A stretch of DNA of 32,000 nt, taken from positions 1-32,000 of the forward strand of contig NZ_QLIR01000011.1 of NCBI RefSeq assembly GCF_003428155.1, read 5' to 3'. Below the pieces are notes generated by a model, which saw nothing but the letters and a program-made list of their open reading frames with translations, was not told where the DNA came from and ran no database searches. Source of the stretch: Fastidiosibacter lacustris. Lineage in GTDB: Bacteria; Pseudomonadota; Gammaproteobacteria; Francisellales; Francisellaceae. The translations under genes and the position numbers were made by a program. Below, piece after piece: positions 10,695 to 22,616 of this stretch; the stretch's first letter is position 1, and the number at the start of each line of letters is the position of its first letter.

Positions 10695-11204
10695 ATGATC
10701 AAAACAGTTAGCATTTTGTTCGTGTGTATGGGCAATATCTGCCGCTCACCCACGGCACATGGCATATTTAGACAATTAGTGCAAGCAGAAAATTTAGAAG
10801 CCTATTTTGAAATAGAATCTGCGGGAACACATTCAGATATTTGGCATAAAGGGAGTGTTTCTGATCCTAGAAGCGTTGCAACAGCGTTAAAATATGATTG
10901 TGATATCTCGGATTTACGTTCAAGACAACTTGTTGCTTGTGACTTTGATTATTATGATTATATTGTTGCGATGGATGAGCAAAATGTTATGGATATGGCA
11001 GTTATTGCTAAAAAAACACATGACATGGGAAAGGTTACAAAATTATTGGACTATGCCCCACATTTAAATCTTAAAGATGTACCTGATCCTTATTATCATC
11101 ACGGATTTGATCAAGTGTATTTGATGATTGATACCGCGTGTAGAAAACTTTTATCACATCTAAAAACCAATTTACAAATAGATAAAAATAATGAATTATC
11201 GTAA
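10695..11204 (+). CDS. Low molecular weight protein tyrosine phosphatase
   Basis: Catalytic P-loop [20 protein letters not shown] and C-terminal [18 protein letters not shown] (general-acid Asp motif). Confidence 0.92.
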   Translation: MIKTVSILFVCMGNICRSPTAHGIFRQLVQAENLEAYFEIESAGTHSDIWHKGSVSDPRSVATALKYDCDISDLRSRQLVACDFDYYDYIVAMDEQNVMDMAVIAKKTHDMGKVTKLLDYAPHLNLKDVPDPYYHHGFDQVYLMIDTACRKLLSHLKTNLQIDKNNELS

Positions 11205-11814
11205 TGTAAAGTATTTGATGGGTGCTTCTCTTGTTAGTCAATTACCTCATGATTATGGAATTGAAGTTGCCTTTGCTGGACGCTCAAATGCCGGCAAATC
11301 AAGTGCTTTAAATACTTTGACAGAGCACAATAAACTCGCGCGCGTGAGTAAAACGCCAGGGCGCACACAATTGATTAATCTTTTTAGTCTAGACGAGCAC
11401 AGAAGACTTGTGGATTTGCCTGGTTATGGTTATGCCAAAGTATCAGAGAAAACTAAGGCAAATTGGCAAAAAACGCTAGAGCAATATTTAACTATGCGTC
11501 AATGTTTAAAAGGTATTGTGCTACTTGTTGATGCGCGTCACCCAATTAAAAACTTTGATTGTATGATGGTGGAATCAGCAGTAGTGTATCAGCTAAATTT
11601 ACATATTCTACTAACTAAAGTAGATAAACTTAAAAACAGTGAAAAAGCCAAAGCTGAACGCTTATTGGGTGACTACTTAAAACAAGTCAAAGCAGGTGAA
11701 AACATAAGCTTTCAACTCTTTTCTGCGCATACGGGAACAGGATTAGAGAAGCTAAAGCAAAAGCTTGATTTATGGTATGGTTTACCCTTTGTTGATATGT
11801 CATCTGTTGAGTAG
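11191..11814 (+). CDS. engB: Ribosome biogenesis GTPase EngB/YihA/YsxC
   Basis: [62 protein letters not shown]. Confidence 0.95.
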   Translation: MNYRNVKYLMGASLVSQLPHDYGIEVAFAGRSNAGKSSALNTLTEHNKLARVSKTPGRTQLINLFSLDEHRRLVDLPGYGYAKVSEKTKANWQKTLEQYLTMRQCLKGIVLLVDARHPIKNFDCMMVESAVVYQLNLHILLTKVDKLKNSEKAKAERLLGDYLKQVKAGENISFQLFSAHTGTGLEKLKQKLDLWYGLPFVDMSSVE

Positions 11815-11821
11815 TTTTAAA

Positions 11822-13345
11822 ATGGAGAAAATGGTGAGAAATGACGCTCAAAACACCAGAGAATATGTACTCAAGCTTGAAGATATTCATAAAAATTTTC
11901 CAGGAACAAAGGCATTAGATGGCGCAAGCTTAAACGTTTATAAAGGCAAAGTCATGGGGCTTTTAGGTGAAAATGGCGCAGGTAAATCAACCTTGATGAA
12001 GGTATTAAATGGTATTTACCAAAAAGATAAAGGTGTAATTTACTTTGAAGGACAAGTAGTAAAGTTCAATCACATTCGTCAAGCACAAAAAGCAGGTATT
12101 GCTATGGTCCATCAAGAGCCACACATCTTGCCAGATTTAACGATTGCAGAGAATGTATTACTTGGACAGGAGTTAATGCAACATCGTTTTAAAATCAATT
12201 GGAAAGCAATGTATAAAAAAGTGGATGATTTGTTGCAATCACTACATATGAAACAAAAGGCCAAATCTCTGGCGCAAGGTGTAAGTATAGGTGACCAAAA
12301 ATTGCTAGAAATTGCCAAAGCATTATCTATCGATGCAAAAGTCATTATCATGGATGAGCCAACCGATGCTTTAACAGAAAAAGAAGTTTTGCGATTGTTT
12401 GAAATCATTCGTAAGTTATGCTTTCAAGGTAAAAGTATTATTTATATTTCGCACCGAATGGAAGAGATTTTTGATATATGTGATGACATTACTATTATGC
12501 GTGATGGTCAATCTATTATCGAAAGCCCAATAAGTATACTCAATTACGAACAAATCATCGAAAAAATGGTTGGACGTAAATTAGAGCAAATTACATATAA
12601 AGGGCAAAGCATCTTAAAAAGTAAGCAAAAGGTTTTTTGTGCTCAAAATATTAGTAATAATCAAATTAAGCCTATAAGCTTTGAGATTTATCAGGGTGAA
12701 GTGTTAGGATTTTATGGTCTTATTGGTGCAGGTAGAACACAATTGGCACGCAGTATTTATGGTTGCTATCCGATTGTTGAAGGTGAGCTTATATTAGAAG
12801 GCAAATTGATTAAGGTCAAAAGTCCTTATGAAGCGATCGTGCATGGGATTATCTATATTTCAGAAGATAGAAAAATAGATGGACTTATTATTGGTGCTAG
12901 TGTACGCGAAAACATGTCTCTATCAACTTTAAAGTCCTTAAGTAATCGATTTGGACATATTGATTGCAAAAAAGAAAAGGAAGAAGTGAATCGGTATATC
13001 GAGAAGTTTAAAATTAAAACCTCTAGCCAAACGCAACTTGTGCAAAATTTAAGTGGAGGAAATCAGCAGAAGATCTCAATTGCAAAAGGCTTAATGTGTC
13101 ATCCAAAACTTCTCATCTTAGATGAACCTACGCGCGGCATTGATGTTGCAGCAAAACGTGAGATCTACCGTTTAATACATGAATTTAAACAACGTGGTTT
13201 GGCAATTTTACTGATATCATCCGAGATGCCAGAGGTAATTGGATTAAGTGATCGTTTAATGGTAATGAGTGATAGGCAAATCAAGGGTGAGCTTGAGTTA
13301 GGTGCCATTACACAGGAAGCAATTATGAAACTGGCGCTTGGCTAA
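11822..13345 (+). CDS. rbsA: Ribose-type ABC transporter ATP-binding protein (two ABC domains). The ORF track start 11765 overlaps engB and is probably too far upstream
   Basis: Two Walker A motifs (GLLGENGAGKSTLMKVLNG; GFYGLIGAGRTQLARSIYG), signature LSGGNQQKISIAKGL, Walker B LLILDEPTRGIDV. Start chosen at MEKMVRND, 8 nt after the engB stop. Confidence 0.92.
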   Translation: MEKMVRNDAQNTREYVLKLEDIHKNFPGTKALDGASLNVYKGKVMGLLGENGAGKSTLMKVLNGIYQKDKGVIYFEGQVVKFNHIRQAQKAGIAMVHQEPHILPDLTIAENVLLGQELMQHRFKINWKAMYKKVDDLLQSLHMKQKAKSLAQGVSIGDQKLLEIAKALSIDAKVIIMDEPTDALTEKEVLRLFEIIRKLCFQGKSIIYISHRMEEIFDICDDITIMRDGQSIIESPISILNYEQIIEKMVGRKLEQITYKGQSILKSKQKVFCAQNISNNQIKPISFEIYQGEVLGFYGLIGAGRTQLARSIYGCYPIVEGELILEGKLIKVKSPYEAIVHGIIYISEDRKIDGLIIGASVRENMSLSTLKSLSNRFGHIDCKKEKEEVNRYIEKFKIKTSSQTQLVQNLSGGNQQKISIAKGLMCHPKLLILDEPTRGIDVAAKREIYRLIHEFKQRGLAILLISSEMPEVIGLSDRLMVMSDRQIKGELELGAITQEAIMKLALG

Positions 13346-13358
13346 TAAAGAGAGGACT

Positions 13359-14306
13359 ATGGGAAAAATCAAATATAAATTTTTAAGTAAGCAATTTCTT
13401 ATCGAATATAAGGCAGCAATTGTCCTTATTATAATGGTTATTGTTATGTCGTGTTTAAACGAGTATTTTTTAACGTGGAGCAATATTTTAGTAGTTTTAC
13501 AGCAAACTTCAGTCAATGCGATTATTGCAGTTGGTATGACATTTGTAATTTTAACCAAAGGCATTGATTTATCTGTAGGTTCAGTTTTAGCATTGTGTGG
13601 TATGATTTGTGCTTTTTTATTATATTGGGAATGTCCTTTATATATTGTTATACCCTTAACAATACTAGTTGGTATTGTTTTAGGAGCTATTAGTGGCATA
13701 ATTGTAACCAAAGGTGTAGTACAACCTTTTATTGCAACGTTAATTACAATGACACTTTTTCGTGGTTTAACAATGGTGTTTAGCAATGGTTACCCTGTTG
13801 CAACGAGCTCAGATGCCTTTGCCGTTATTGGAACATGGCGCCTGTTTGGAGTTCCTGTGTCAGTTTATATAACAGCTATGATTTTTGGGTCAGCTTTTTA
13901 TATTTTAAAGTACACGCGTTTTGGTCGTTATGTTTATGCTACAGGCGGTAATGAAGAAGCTGCTAAATTAGCAGGTATTCGCATAAATAACATTAAACTT
14001 GCAGTGTATGTCATTTCAGGTGCATTAGCTGCAGTGGCCGCGATGGTTATCACTTCGCGCTTATCTTCGGCGCAACCGACAGCAGGAACAGGTTATGAGC
14101 TTGATGCTATTGCTGCCGTTGTTTTAGGTGGAACAAGCTTGTTTGGTGGTAAAGGTAAAATCATAGGCACTTTGATGGGTGCGCTTATTATTGGGCTGTT
14201 GAGTAATGCTCTTAATTTAATGGATGTTTCATCATATTATCAAATGATTGTGAAAGCATTCGTTATTTTAATTGCAGTATTATTTGATTTTAAAGTAAAA
14301 AACTAA
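13359..14306 (+). CDS. rbsC: Ribose-type ABC transporter permease; start inferred at MGKIKYK (track ORF starts at 13338)
   Basis: LQQTSVNAIIAVGMTFVILTKGIDLSVGSVLALCG and GTSLFGGKGKIIGTLMGALIIGLLSNALNL, closely matching RbsC motifs; AGAGGA upstream of ATG 13359. Confidence 0.93.
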   Translation: MGKIKYKFLSKQFLIEYKAAIVLIIMVIVMSCLNEYFLTWSNILVVLQQTSVNAIIAVGMTFVILTKGIDLSVGSVLALCGMICAFLLYWECPLYIVIPLTILVGIVLGAISGIIVTKGVVQPFIATLITMTLFRGLTMVFSNGYPVATSSDAFAVIGTWRLFGVPVSVYITAMIFGSAFYILKYTRFGRYVYATGGNEEAAKLAGIRINNIKLAVYVISGALAAVAAMVITSRLSSAQPTAGTGYELDAIAAVVLGGTSLFGGKGKIIGTLMGALIIGLLSNALNLMDVSSYYQMIVKAFVILIAVLFDFKVKN

Positions 14307-14329
14307 CCAACCTTATGGAGAGAAGTCGT

Positions 14330-15241
14330 ATGAAAAATAAAATCATGAAGTATGTCAGTTTAATCATAGGTATTTTTTCGATTTTAATATTAGCAGGTTG
14401 TGGAAACTCAAATGACAATAGCAAAACCATTGGTTTGGTTGTTTCTACGCTAGATAACCCATTTTTTGTCAGTATGAAAAGTGGTGCAGAGGAAACAGCA
14501 AAAGCAGAGGGTTATAAGGTTATTGTTCTTGATTCACGCAATGATCCATCTAAAGAATTATCGAACGTACAAGATCTTGTTACACGTAATATTAAAGTTA
14601 TTATTATCAATCCAACTGACTCACAGGCGGTTTCTAATGCGGTGAAATATGCCAATCAACACAACGTTGAAGTGATTACTTTAGATCGAACTGCTGTTCA
14701 AGGGAAAGTATTATCTCACGTTGAATCGAATAATGTTGTAGGTGGAAAAATGGCTGCTCAATATATGATTGAGCGCTTAAATGATAGTGGTAAAATCATA
14801 GAACTTGAGGGGATTCCTGGTACATCTGCTGCAAAAGAGCGAGGTAAAGGTTTCGAAGATGAAATTGCCAACTCAGGCATCACGATTGTTGCTAAACAAC
14901 CTGCAAACTTTGATCGTACCCAAGGTTTAAACGTAACCCAAAATCTATTGCAGGCCAATCCTGATATTAATGGTATTTTTGCACAAAATGATGAAATGGC
15001 ATTAGGTGCAATACGTGCTGTAGAAGAAGCTGGTAAAAAGCGTATTATAATTATAGGCTTTGATGGTACCAAAGAAGCTATCAATGCAGTAAAAGCTGGG
15101 AAAATGACAGCTAGTATTGCTCAGCAGCCTTATTTAATGGGAGAGCTAGGGGTTGAGGCAGCAATTAAATTCTTAGTTGGTCAAAAGGTTAATCCACATA
15201 TTGTTGTGCCATTAAGATTGGTAACACAATCTAATGCTTAA
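14330..15241 (+). CDS. rbsB: Ribose-type substrate-binding lipoprotein (track ORF starts at 14315)
   Basis: GLVVSTLDNPFFVSMKSGAEE, LDSRNDPSKELSNVQDL, INPTDSQAVSNAVKYAN, FAQNDEMALGAIRAVEEAG closely match the RbsB core. Lipobox ILILAGC. Confidence 0.93.
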   Translation: MKNKIMKYVSLIIGIFSILILAGCGNSNDNSKTIGLVVSTLDNPFFVSMKSGAEETAKAEGYKVIVLDSRNDPSKELSNVQDLVTRNIKVIIINPTDSQAVSNAVKYANQHNVEVITLDRTAVQGKVLSHVESNNVVGGKMAAQYMIERLNDSGKIIELEGIPGTSAAKERGKGFEDEIANSGITIVAKQPANFDRTQGLNVTQNLLQANPDINGIFAQNDEMALGAIRAVEEAGKKRIIIIGFDGTKEAINAVKAGKMTASIAQQPYLMGELGVEAAIKFLVGQKVNPHIVVPLRLVTQSNA

Positions 15242-15297
15242 TTGAAAAAGTAAACTCAATTTCTTTATGGATATTGGTTAATCCACTGGGCATTTAA

Positions 15298-17245
<1,948 letters not shown>

Positions 17246-17249
<4 letters not shown>

Positions 17250-17938
17250 AAAGAATTGTGGTTATTCCTGCAAGTGGCATAGGTTCAAGGATGCAGCAAG
17301 ACATTCCTAAGCAATATATTAAGCTAGATAATGGTTTGACGATTCTAGACACAACAATTTCATGCTTATTGAGTGAGTCTTTTTTTGATTTAATTGTAGT
17401 AGCGCTTAATTCAAAAGATCGCCATTGGAAGTATTCAATTCATACTACTAATGCACACATTAAAATTTGTGCAGGAGGGGCAGAAAGAAGAGATAGCGTG
17501 CGCAATGCACTGATGGCATTAAAAAATATTGCTAAAGATGACGATTGGATTTTTGTACACGATGCCGTGCGCCCTTGTGTTCGTCTAGATGATATACGGC
17601 GTTTATATGCTTCCGTTATGGTAGAAAATGCTATTGGTGGCGTTTTGGCATTAAAGGCGTCTGATACAGTTAAATGCGTTGATAAGCAACAAAATATTAT
17701 TAAAACAACAGATCGAAATTATATTTATCTTGCACAAACGCCTCAAGTTTTTAAATATAGAACTTTGTTAATGGGATATTATTTTTGTTTGCATAATGAC
17801 ATATTAGTGACTGACGATTCATCTGTAGTTGAAGCATTGGATCACCAACCAATTGTGATAGAGGGAGATAAACGTAATATCAAAATTACAACGCCAGATG
17901 ATTTAGTGCTAGCAAATTATTTTTTGTCAACGCTATGA
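17246..17938 (+). CDS. ispD: 2-C-methyl-D-erythritol 4-phosphate cytidylyltransferase (GTG start)
   Basis: VVIPASGIGSRMQQDIPKQYIKLDNGLTILDTT, VHDAVRPCV, LAQTPQVFKY, VTDDSSVVEAL. Confidence 0.93.
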
Positions 17939-18005
17939 GACATACTTCTCATATTTTTGAAATTCGCTACAATGAGTTTACCTATTGCAAAGGATAAGCT
18001 TAACC

Positions 18006-19349
18006 ATGCCAAATTACCTTATCAAAAATCCAACAATTGTTAATGAAGGAAAAATATTTGTTGCAGATGTCTTAATTGAAGATGGGCGTATTACACAAAT
18101 TAAAGTTGGTATAGAATCACATCAAAATGTTAAAATTATTGATGCTGAAGGTTTATATTTATTACCTGGTATGATAGATGATCAGGTGCATTTTCGCGAA
18201 CCAGGCTTAACCTATAAAGCAGATATTGAAAGCGAATCAAAAGCAGCAGTTGCGGGTGGTATTACTTCATACATGGAAATGCCAAATTGTAAGCCTGCGA
18301 CCGTGAATATTGAACGTTTGCAAGCAAAGAAAGATCTAGCCAGTTTAAAATCACATGCTAATTTTGCATTTTACCTTGGGGCAACGAATGATAATATTGA
18401 TGAGCTTAAACGCTTAAAGACGGATGATGCTTGTGGTGTTAAAATTTTCATGGGCGCATCAACAGGTAACATGTTAGTTGATAATATTAAAATCTTAGAA
18501 GGCTTTTTTGCAAATTCACCAATCTTAATTGCAACGCATTGTGAAGACACACCAATTATTACGACTAACGAAGAAAAATATAAAGCTCAATACGGTGAGA
18601 ATATCCCATTTAATTTACATGCAGAAATTAGAAGTCGTGAAGCATGTATCAAATCGTCCAAACTTGCAGTAGAGTTGGCCAAAAAATTTAACACTAAGCT
18701 TAACGTTTTACATATTACAACTAAAGAAGAGCTTCAATTATTTGCAGATAATAAAACTAAGGATTTAGTCAATAAACGTATCACCGCTGAGGTTTGTGCT
18801 CACCATTTGTTTTTTTCACGCAAAGACTATGATATGAGAAAAGGCTTGATCAAATGTAATCCTGCAATCAAAGAAGAAGCAGATCGTTTGGCATTATTAC
18901 AAGCTGTAAATGATAATACGTTAGATGTCATTGCCACTGATCATGCTCCACATACATGGGCAGAAAAACATCAAAGTTATTTTCAAGTACCTTCAGGTTT
19001 ACCACTTGTCCAACATGCTTTATTATCTCTTTTGGAGCACTATCACCATGGTATTTTTAGACTTGAAAAAATTGTCCAAAAAATATCCCACGCACCAGCA
19101 ATTATCTACCAAGTAAAAGATCGAGGTTTTATTCGTGAAGGTTATTGGGCAGATTTGGTGTTAGTTGATTTAAATACACAAAACAAAATTACGGATACAA
19201 CAGCTAAATCAAAATGTGGTTGGTCTCCGTTTAGTGGTTTAACGTTTTCATCAGCAATCGATAAAACCTTTGTTAATGGCATATTGAAGTATGAACATGG
19301 TAAGGTTATAGCAGATAATTTGGCTATGCCTTTGAGTTTTAACAATTAA
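18006..19349 (+). CDS. pyrC: Dihydroorotase, long-type amidohydrolase; track ORF starts at 17985 but MPNYLIKNPTIVN is the likely start
   Basis: LPGMIDDQVHFREPGLTYKADIESESKAAVAGGITSYMEMPNCKPAT, LHITTKEEL, VCAHHLFF, VIATDHAPHTWAEK. Confidence 0.83.
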   Translation: MPNYLIKNPTIVNEGKIFVADVLIEDGRITQIKVGIESHQNVKIIDAEGLYLLPGMIDDQVHFREPGLTYKADIESESKAAVAGGITSYMEMPNCKPATVNIERLQAKKDLASLKSHANFAFYLGATNDNIDELKRLKTDDACGVKIFMGASTGNMLVDNIKILEGFFANSPILIATHCEDTPIITTNEEKYKAQYGENIPFNLHAEIRSREACIKSSKLAVELAKKFNTKLNVLHITTKEELQLFADNKTKDLVNKRITAEVCAHHLFFSRKDYDMRKGLIKCNPAIKEEADRLALLQAVNDNTLDVIATDHAPHTWAEKHQSYFQVPSGLPLVQHALLSLLEHYHHGIFRLEKIVQKISHAPAIIYQVKDRGFIREGYWADLVLVDLNTQNKITDTTAKSKCGWSPFSGLTFSSAIDKTFVNGILKYEHGKVIADNLAMPLSFNN

Positions 19350-19481
19350 GAATATTTCAAGGTAGTTTAATGGTGTTAATTGACGATGATATAAGTGGTG
19401 GCTTGATCCAATATGGGAGGCTTGTATACCATTTTCTATTAAAATAGACGTTTGTAACACCACCAATAGAAAGTTTTGCAA

Positions 19482-19513
19482 CTAGAAATGCCCACATAAG
19501 CGGGCATTTCTAG
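19482..19513 (-). terminator. Strong hairpin, candidate terminator of the OmpA-family gene
   Basis: CTAGAAATGCCC-acataagc-GGGCATTTCTAG, perfect 12-bp arms, ~22 nt beyond the stop of the 19536-20543 ORF. No clean T tract on the minus strand. Confidence 0.55.
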
Positions 19514-19535
19514 TTATTGTATCTATTTTAAAGTA

Positions 19536-20543
19536 TTATTGTGCTTTTAGTGGCACAGGAATGCTTGCCTCAACACGTTGGTTGATAGATTGATTTGCTT
19601 TAGTTGTATTTGGTACCAATGGGTGTGTGTATCCATAACCAATCACTTCAATGTTACTTGCGTCGACACCTTTAGAAATCATGTAAGTTTTAACTGCTTG
19701 AGCACGATTAACAGAAAGTTGTTGGTTATATTGTGCATAGGCCTGTCCAGTCTTACCTTGCGATGCAAAGCCTTTTAATACAACTTTATTAATATTATAT
19801 TCTTTCATAAAATTAATTAAGTTATTAATTGCTGCTTTTGCTTTTGCATCTAACGTATAATTGCTATAAGCGAATTTCGCATCTAAATGCATTGTAACTT
19901 TGTCGCCATCAACAGTATAGCAACCAATTGATTCACGCGTCATTTCAGAAGTGTTTGCTTGACACTCCATTACATTTTTAGGTAAAGCATAGGTTGCATG
20001 ATATTCATTTTCGCGTGCTTGTTGTTCAGTTGACATTGGACCTACTGCTGCATAAGCGCTTGAATTACTTGCACCACCAAAATACAAACCAATACCAACA
20101 GTAACCATGCTACCATTTGGTGTTTTAGAACCAAATGATTGTAAGTAGCGGTAATCCGCCGATACAAACGCATTAGGCGCGAAGTCATATTTAACACCAG
20201 CACCTACATCCAAACCAAATGAATTCGTTGTAAAATTCATATAACCGCCACCTAATGCTACATAAGGAGTTAAGTTTGTGCTATTGGTAAGGTTCCAAAT
20301 GCCTTCAGCAAGAACTGTTTTTTGATTATTGCCCATATAGCTTAGAGTCGTTTGTGCAGCTAGGTTTTTATTGAAGCCATAACCAACCGTACCAACTACC
20401 GCAGGACCAGTATTAGAATGGCTGTTGTTAAAATAACCACCCAAACCAAATTGTCCATATAATTGCTTGCTATGATCATTAGCTGCAAATGCACCTGAGC
20501 ATAATCCAGCTGCTAGCAAACTTACAATGATTTTTTTCTTCAT
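19536..20543 (-). CDS. OmpA-family outer membrane protein (beta-barrel plus OmpA C-terminal peptidoglycan-binding domain)
   Basis: Signal peptide MKKKIIVSLLAAGLCSGAFA; barrel segments; C-terminal NVIGYGYTHPLVPNTTKANQSINQRVEASI and GFASQGKTGQAYAQYNQQLSVNRAQAVKTYMISKGV. Confidence 0.88.
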   Translation of the reverse strand: MKKKIIVSLLAAGLCSGAFAANDHSKQLYGQFGLGGYFNNSHSNTGPAVVGTVGYGFNKNLAAQTTLSYMGNNQKTVLAEGIWNLTNSTNLTPYVALGGGYMNFTTNSFGLDVGAGVKYDFAPNAFVSADYRYLQSFGSKTPNGSMVTVGIGLYFGGASNSSAYAAVGPMSTEQQARENEYHATYALPKNVMECQANTSEMTRESIGCYTVDGDKVTMHLDAKFAYSNYTLDAKAKAAINNLINFMKEYNINKVVLKGFASQGKTGQAYAQYNQQLSVNRAQAVKTYMISKGVDASNIEVIGYGYTHPLVPNTTKANQSINQRVEASIPVPLKAQ

Positions 20544-20812
20544 GTTTTCTCCTTTTTTTAAGTTATCATTATTTAATCTAAATTAAATTTAAACTAGGTA
20601 CTCTCTGTATCATCTTACGAAAGTCATAAGATGGGATCTATGCTTAACTACATTCAATTTAAACTCATGCCAGTATAATTAACTTTTTAGCGAAGGTGGA
20701 GAGGGGTTAGCGCTTTTTTTCATAAAAATGCTGGAAATCTTATTGTTTCTGCGATTTATCTACGTTTAAATGGGGTTATTTTGTTTCTCACCCAATTAGT
20801 AAGGAAAGCCAT

Positions 20813-22603
20813 ATGCCATCCATTATCACTAAAATAAATGATGTACGCACACTCATGCAACAAAAACACTATGATTATTACTTTGTGTCATCAACAGATG
20901 CGCATAACAATGAATACTTACCTACAAATTGGCAACGCCGGATGTGGATAAGTGGTTTTGATGGCAGTGCTGGAGAAGCATTAATTGGTATGAATGACGC
21001 TTATTTATGGACAGATGGTCGCTATTTTCTACAAGCCGAAGCTCAGCTTGATCCTAGTATTTTTAAATTACAAAAACAACAAGGATTAAGTTTAGAGTTT
21101 GAAGTGTGGTTAAGTGAGCATGCTAAAGGAAAAACACTGGCTGTTGATCCTACAACCGTTTCTATTAAACGCGGACAAGCTTTGGATAAAATCATGCATG
21201 AAATTGGTGGTAAATGCATTTTTGATACTAATAATATAGTTGACATCGTACGCAAGGAACTAAACGACATGCCACAACCACCATCTAGTCAAGCATTCTT
21301 ACATCCAGAACAATTTAGTGGTAAAGCAACAAAAACAAAATTAGATGAAGTTAGAGACAAAATGGCTAAGCAAGGCGTTGCCTTTGTTGTTATTAGTATG
21401 TTAGATGAAATTGCATGGCTGTTGAATATTCGTGGCAACGATATTGCCTTTAATCCTTTAATTATTAGTTATGTCATTATTGGTCAAGATATGTGCTCAT
21501 TTTTTGTTGATCAAACGAAACTAAGTACTGAGATCAAAAACAACCTTACCGAACAGGGCGTTACAATCATAGACTACAATTGCTTTTATTCGCAACTGAG
21601 TGATTATGAAGGCCGTATTTGGTTAGATCCTAATAGCGCAAACTATTCAATACTACAACACTTAAATAAAAATTGTGAGCCTTATTTTGTCCAATCCTCA
21701 ATAAGTTTGCTCAAGGCATGCAAAAATATTGTCGAAATCGATGGTGCTAAATATGCCCATAAAAAAGATGCAATCGCCGTTATTTCATTTATTTACTGGC
21801 TTGAAAATAATTGGCAAAATGGTGTTGATGAACTTTCAGCACAAGATAAGTTACTAGCATTTCGCCAACAACAAGCCAACTTCAAAGGAGCAAGTTTTGA
21901 CACCATAAGTGGTTTTGCCAGCAATGGTGCTATTATTCACTATCGCTCAAGTAAAAAAACCACCAAGGTTATTAATGAATCAAGTCTCTATTTACTTGAT
22001 TCAGGTGGTCAATACCTAGAAGGGACAACCGATATTACGCGTGTGTTTCACCTAGGTACACCAAAGTTTGAACACAAACACTATTATACACTTGTGCTAA
22101 AAGGGCACCTTGCTATTCAAAATGCACACTTTCCAAAAGGTACGAAAGGTGAGCAGTTAGATACAATTGCGCGTTTACCACTTTGGCAAGAACAATTAAA
22201 TTATGGGCATGGGACAGGTCATGGAGTAGGGAGCTTTTTATGTGTCCATGAAGGGCCTCAACGTATTTCACCTGTTAATACTAATCAAGTACTTGAAATT
22301 GGTATGATTATAAGTAATGAACCAGGTGTATACTTTCCTGGTCAGTTTGGTATTCGAATTGAAAACCTTTGTTTTGTCAAAAAAATGCGTAAACAAGCAC
22401 ATCATGAATTTGGTGAGTTTTATTGTTTTGAAGATTTAACTTTAGTGCCCTATGCACGCAATTTAATTGATATACAATTACTTTCCAATGAGGAAATCAA
22501 ACAAATCAATAGCTATCATCTACGCATTGAAAAGGAACTAATGCCGATGATCAGTGATGAAAACTTAAAAATTTGGCTTAAAGCACAAACTAAAGCTTTA
22601 TAA
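20813..22603 (+). CDS. Xaa-Pro aminopeptidase, M24B family
   Basis: N-terminal creatinase-like DYYFVSSTDAHNNEYLP, LLNIRGNDIAFNPL; C-terminal SGGQYLEGTTDITRV, GHGTGHGVGSFLCVHEGPQ, NEPGVYFPGQFGIRIENL. Confidence 0.93.
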   Translation: MPSIITKINDVRTLMQQKHYDYYFVSSTDAHNNEYLPTNWQRRMWISGFDGSAGEALIGMNDAYLWTDGRYFLQAEAQLDPSIFKLQKQQGLSLEFEVWLSEHAKGKTLAVDPTTVSIKRGQALDKIMHEIGGKCIFDTNNIVDIVRKELNDMPQPPSSQAFLHPEQFSGKATKTKLDEVRDKMAKQGVAFVVISMLDEIAWLLNIRGNDIAFNPLIISYVIIGQDMCSFFVDQTKLSTEIKNNLTEQGVTIIDYNCFYSQLSDYEGRIWLDPNSANYSILQHLNKNCEPYFVQSSISLLKACKNIVEIDGAKYAHKKDAIAVISFIYWLENNWQNGVDELSAQDKLLAFRQQQANFKGASFDTISGFASNGAIIHYRSSKKTTKVINESSLYLLDSGGQYLEGTTDITRVFHLGTPKFEHKHYYTLVLKGHLAIQNAHFPKGTKGEQLDTIARLPLWQEQLNYGHGTGHGVGSFLCVHEGPQRISPVNTNQVLEIGMIISNEPGVYFPGQFGIRIENLCFVKKMRKQAHHEFGEFYCFEDLTLVPYARNLIDIQLLSNEEIKQINSYHLRIEKELMPMISDENLKIWLKAQTKAL

Positions 22604-22616
22604 GCTATTAAAAAGA

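Noticed and set aside
13298-13786. 162-aa reverse ORF
   Set aside because: Fully antisense to rbsC; composition consistent with a shadow frame.
19251-19481. 76-aa reverse ORF extending into the pyrC-ompA gap
   Set aside because: Mostly antisense to the pyrC 3' end, no RBS or family signal.
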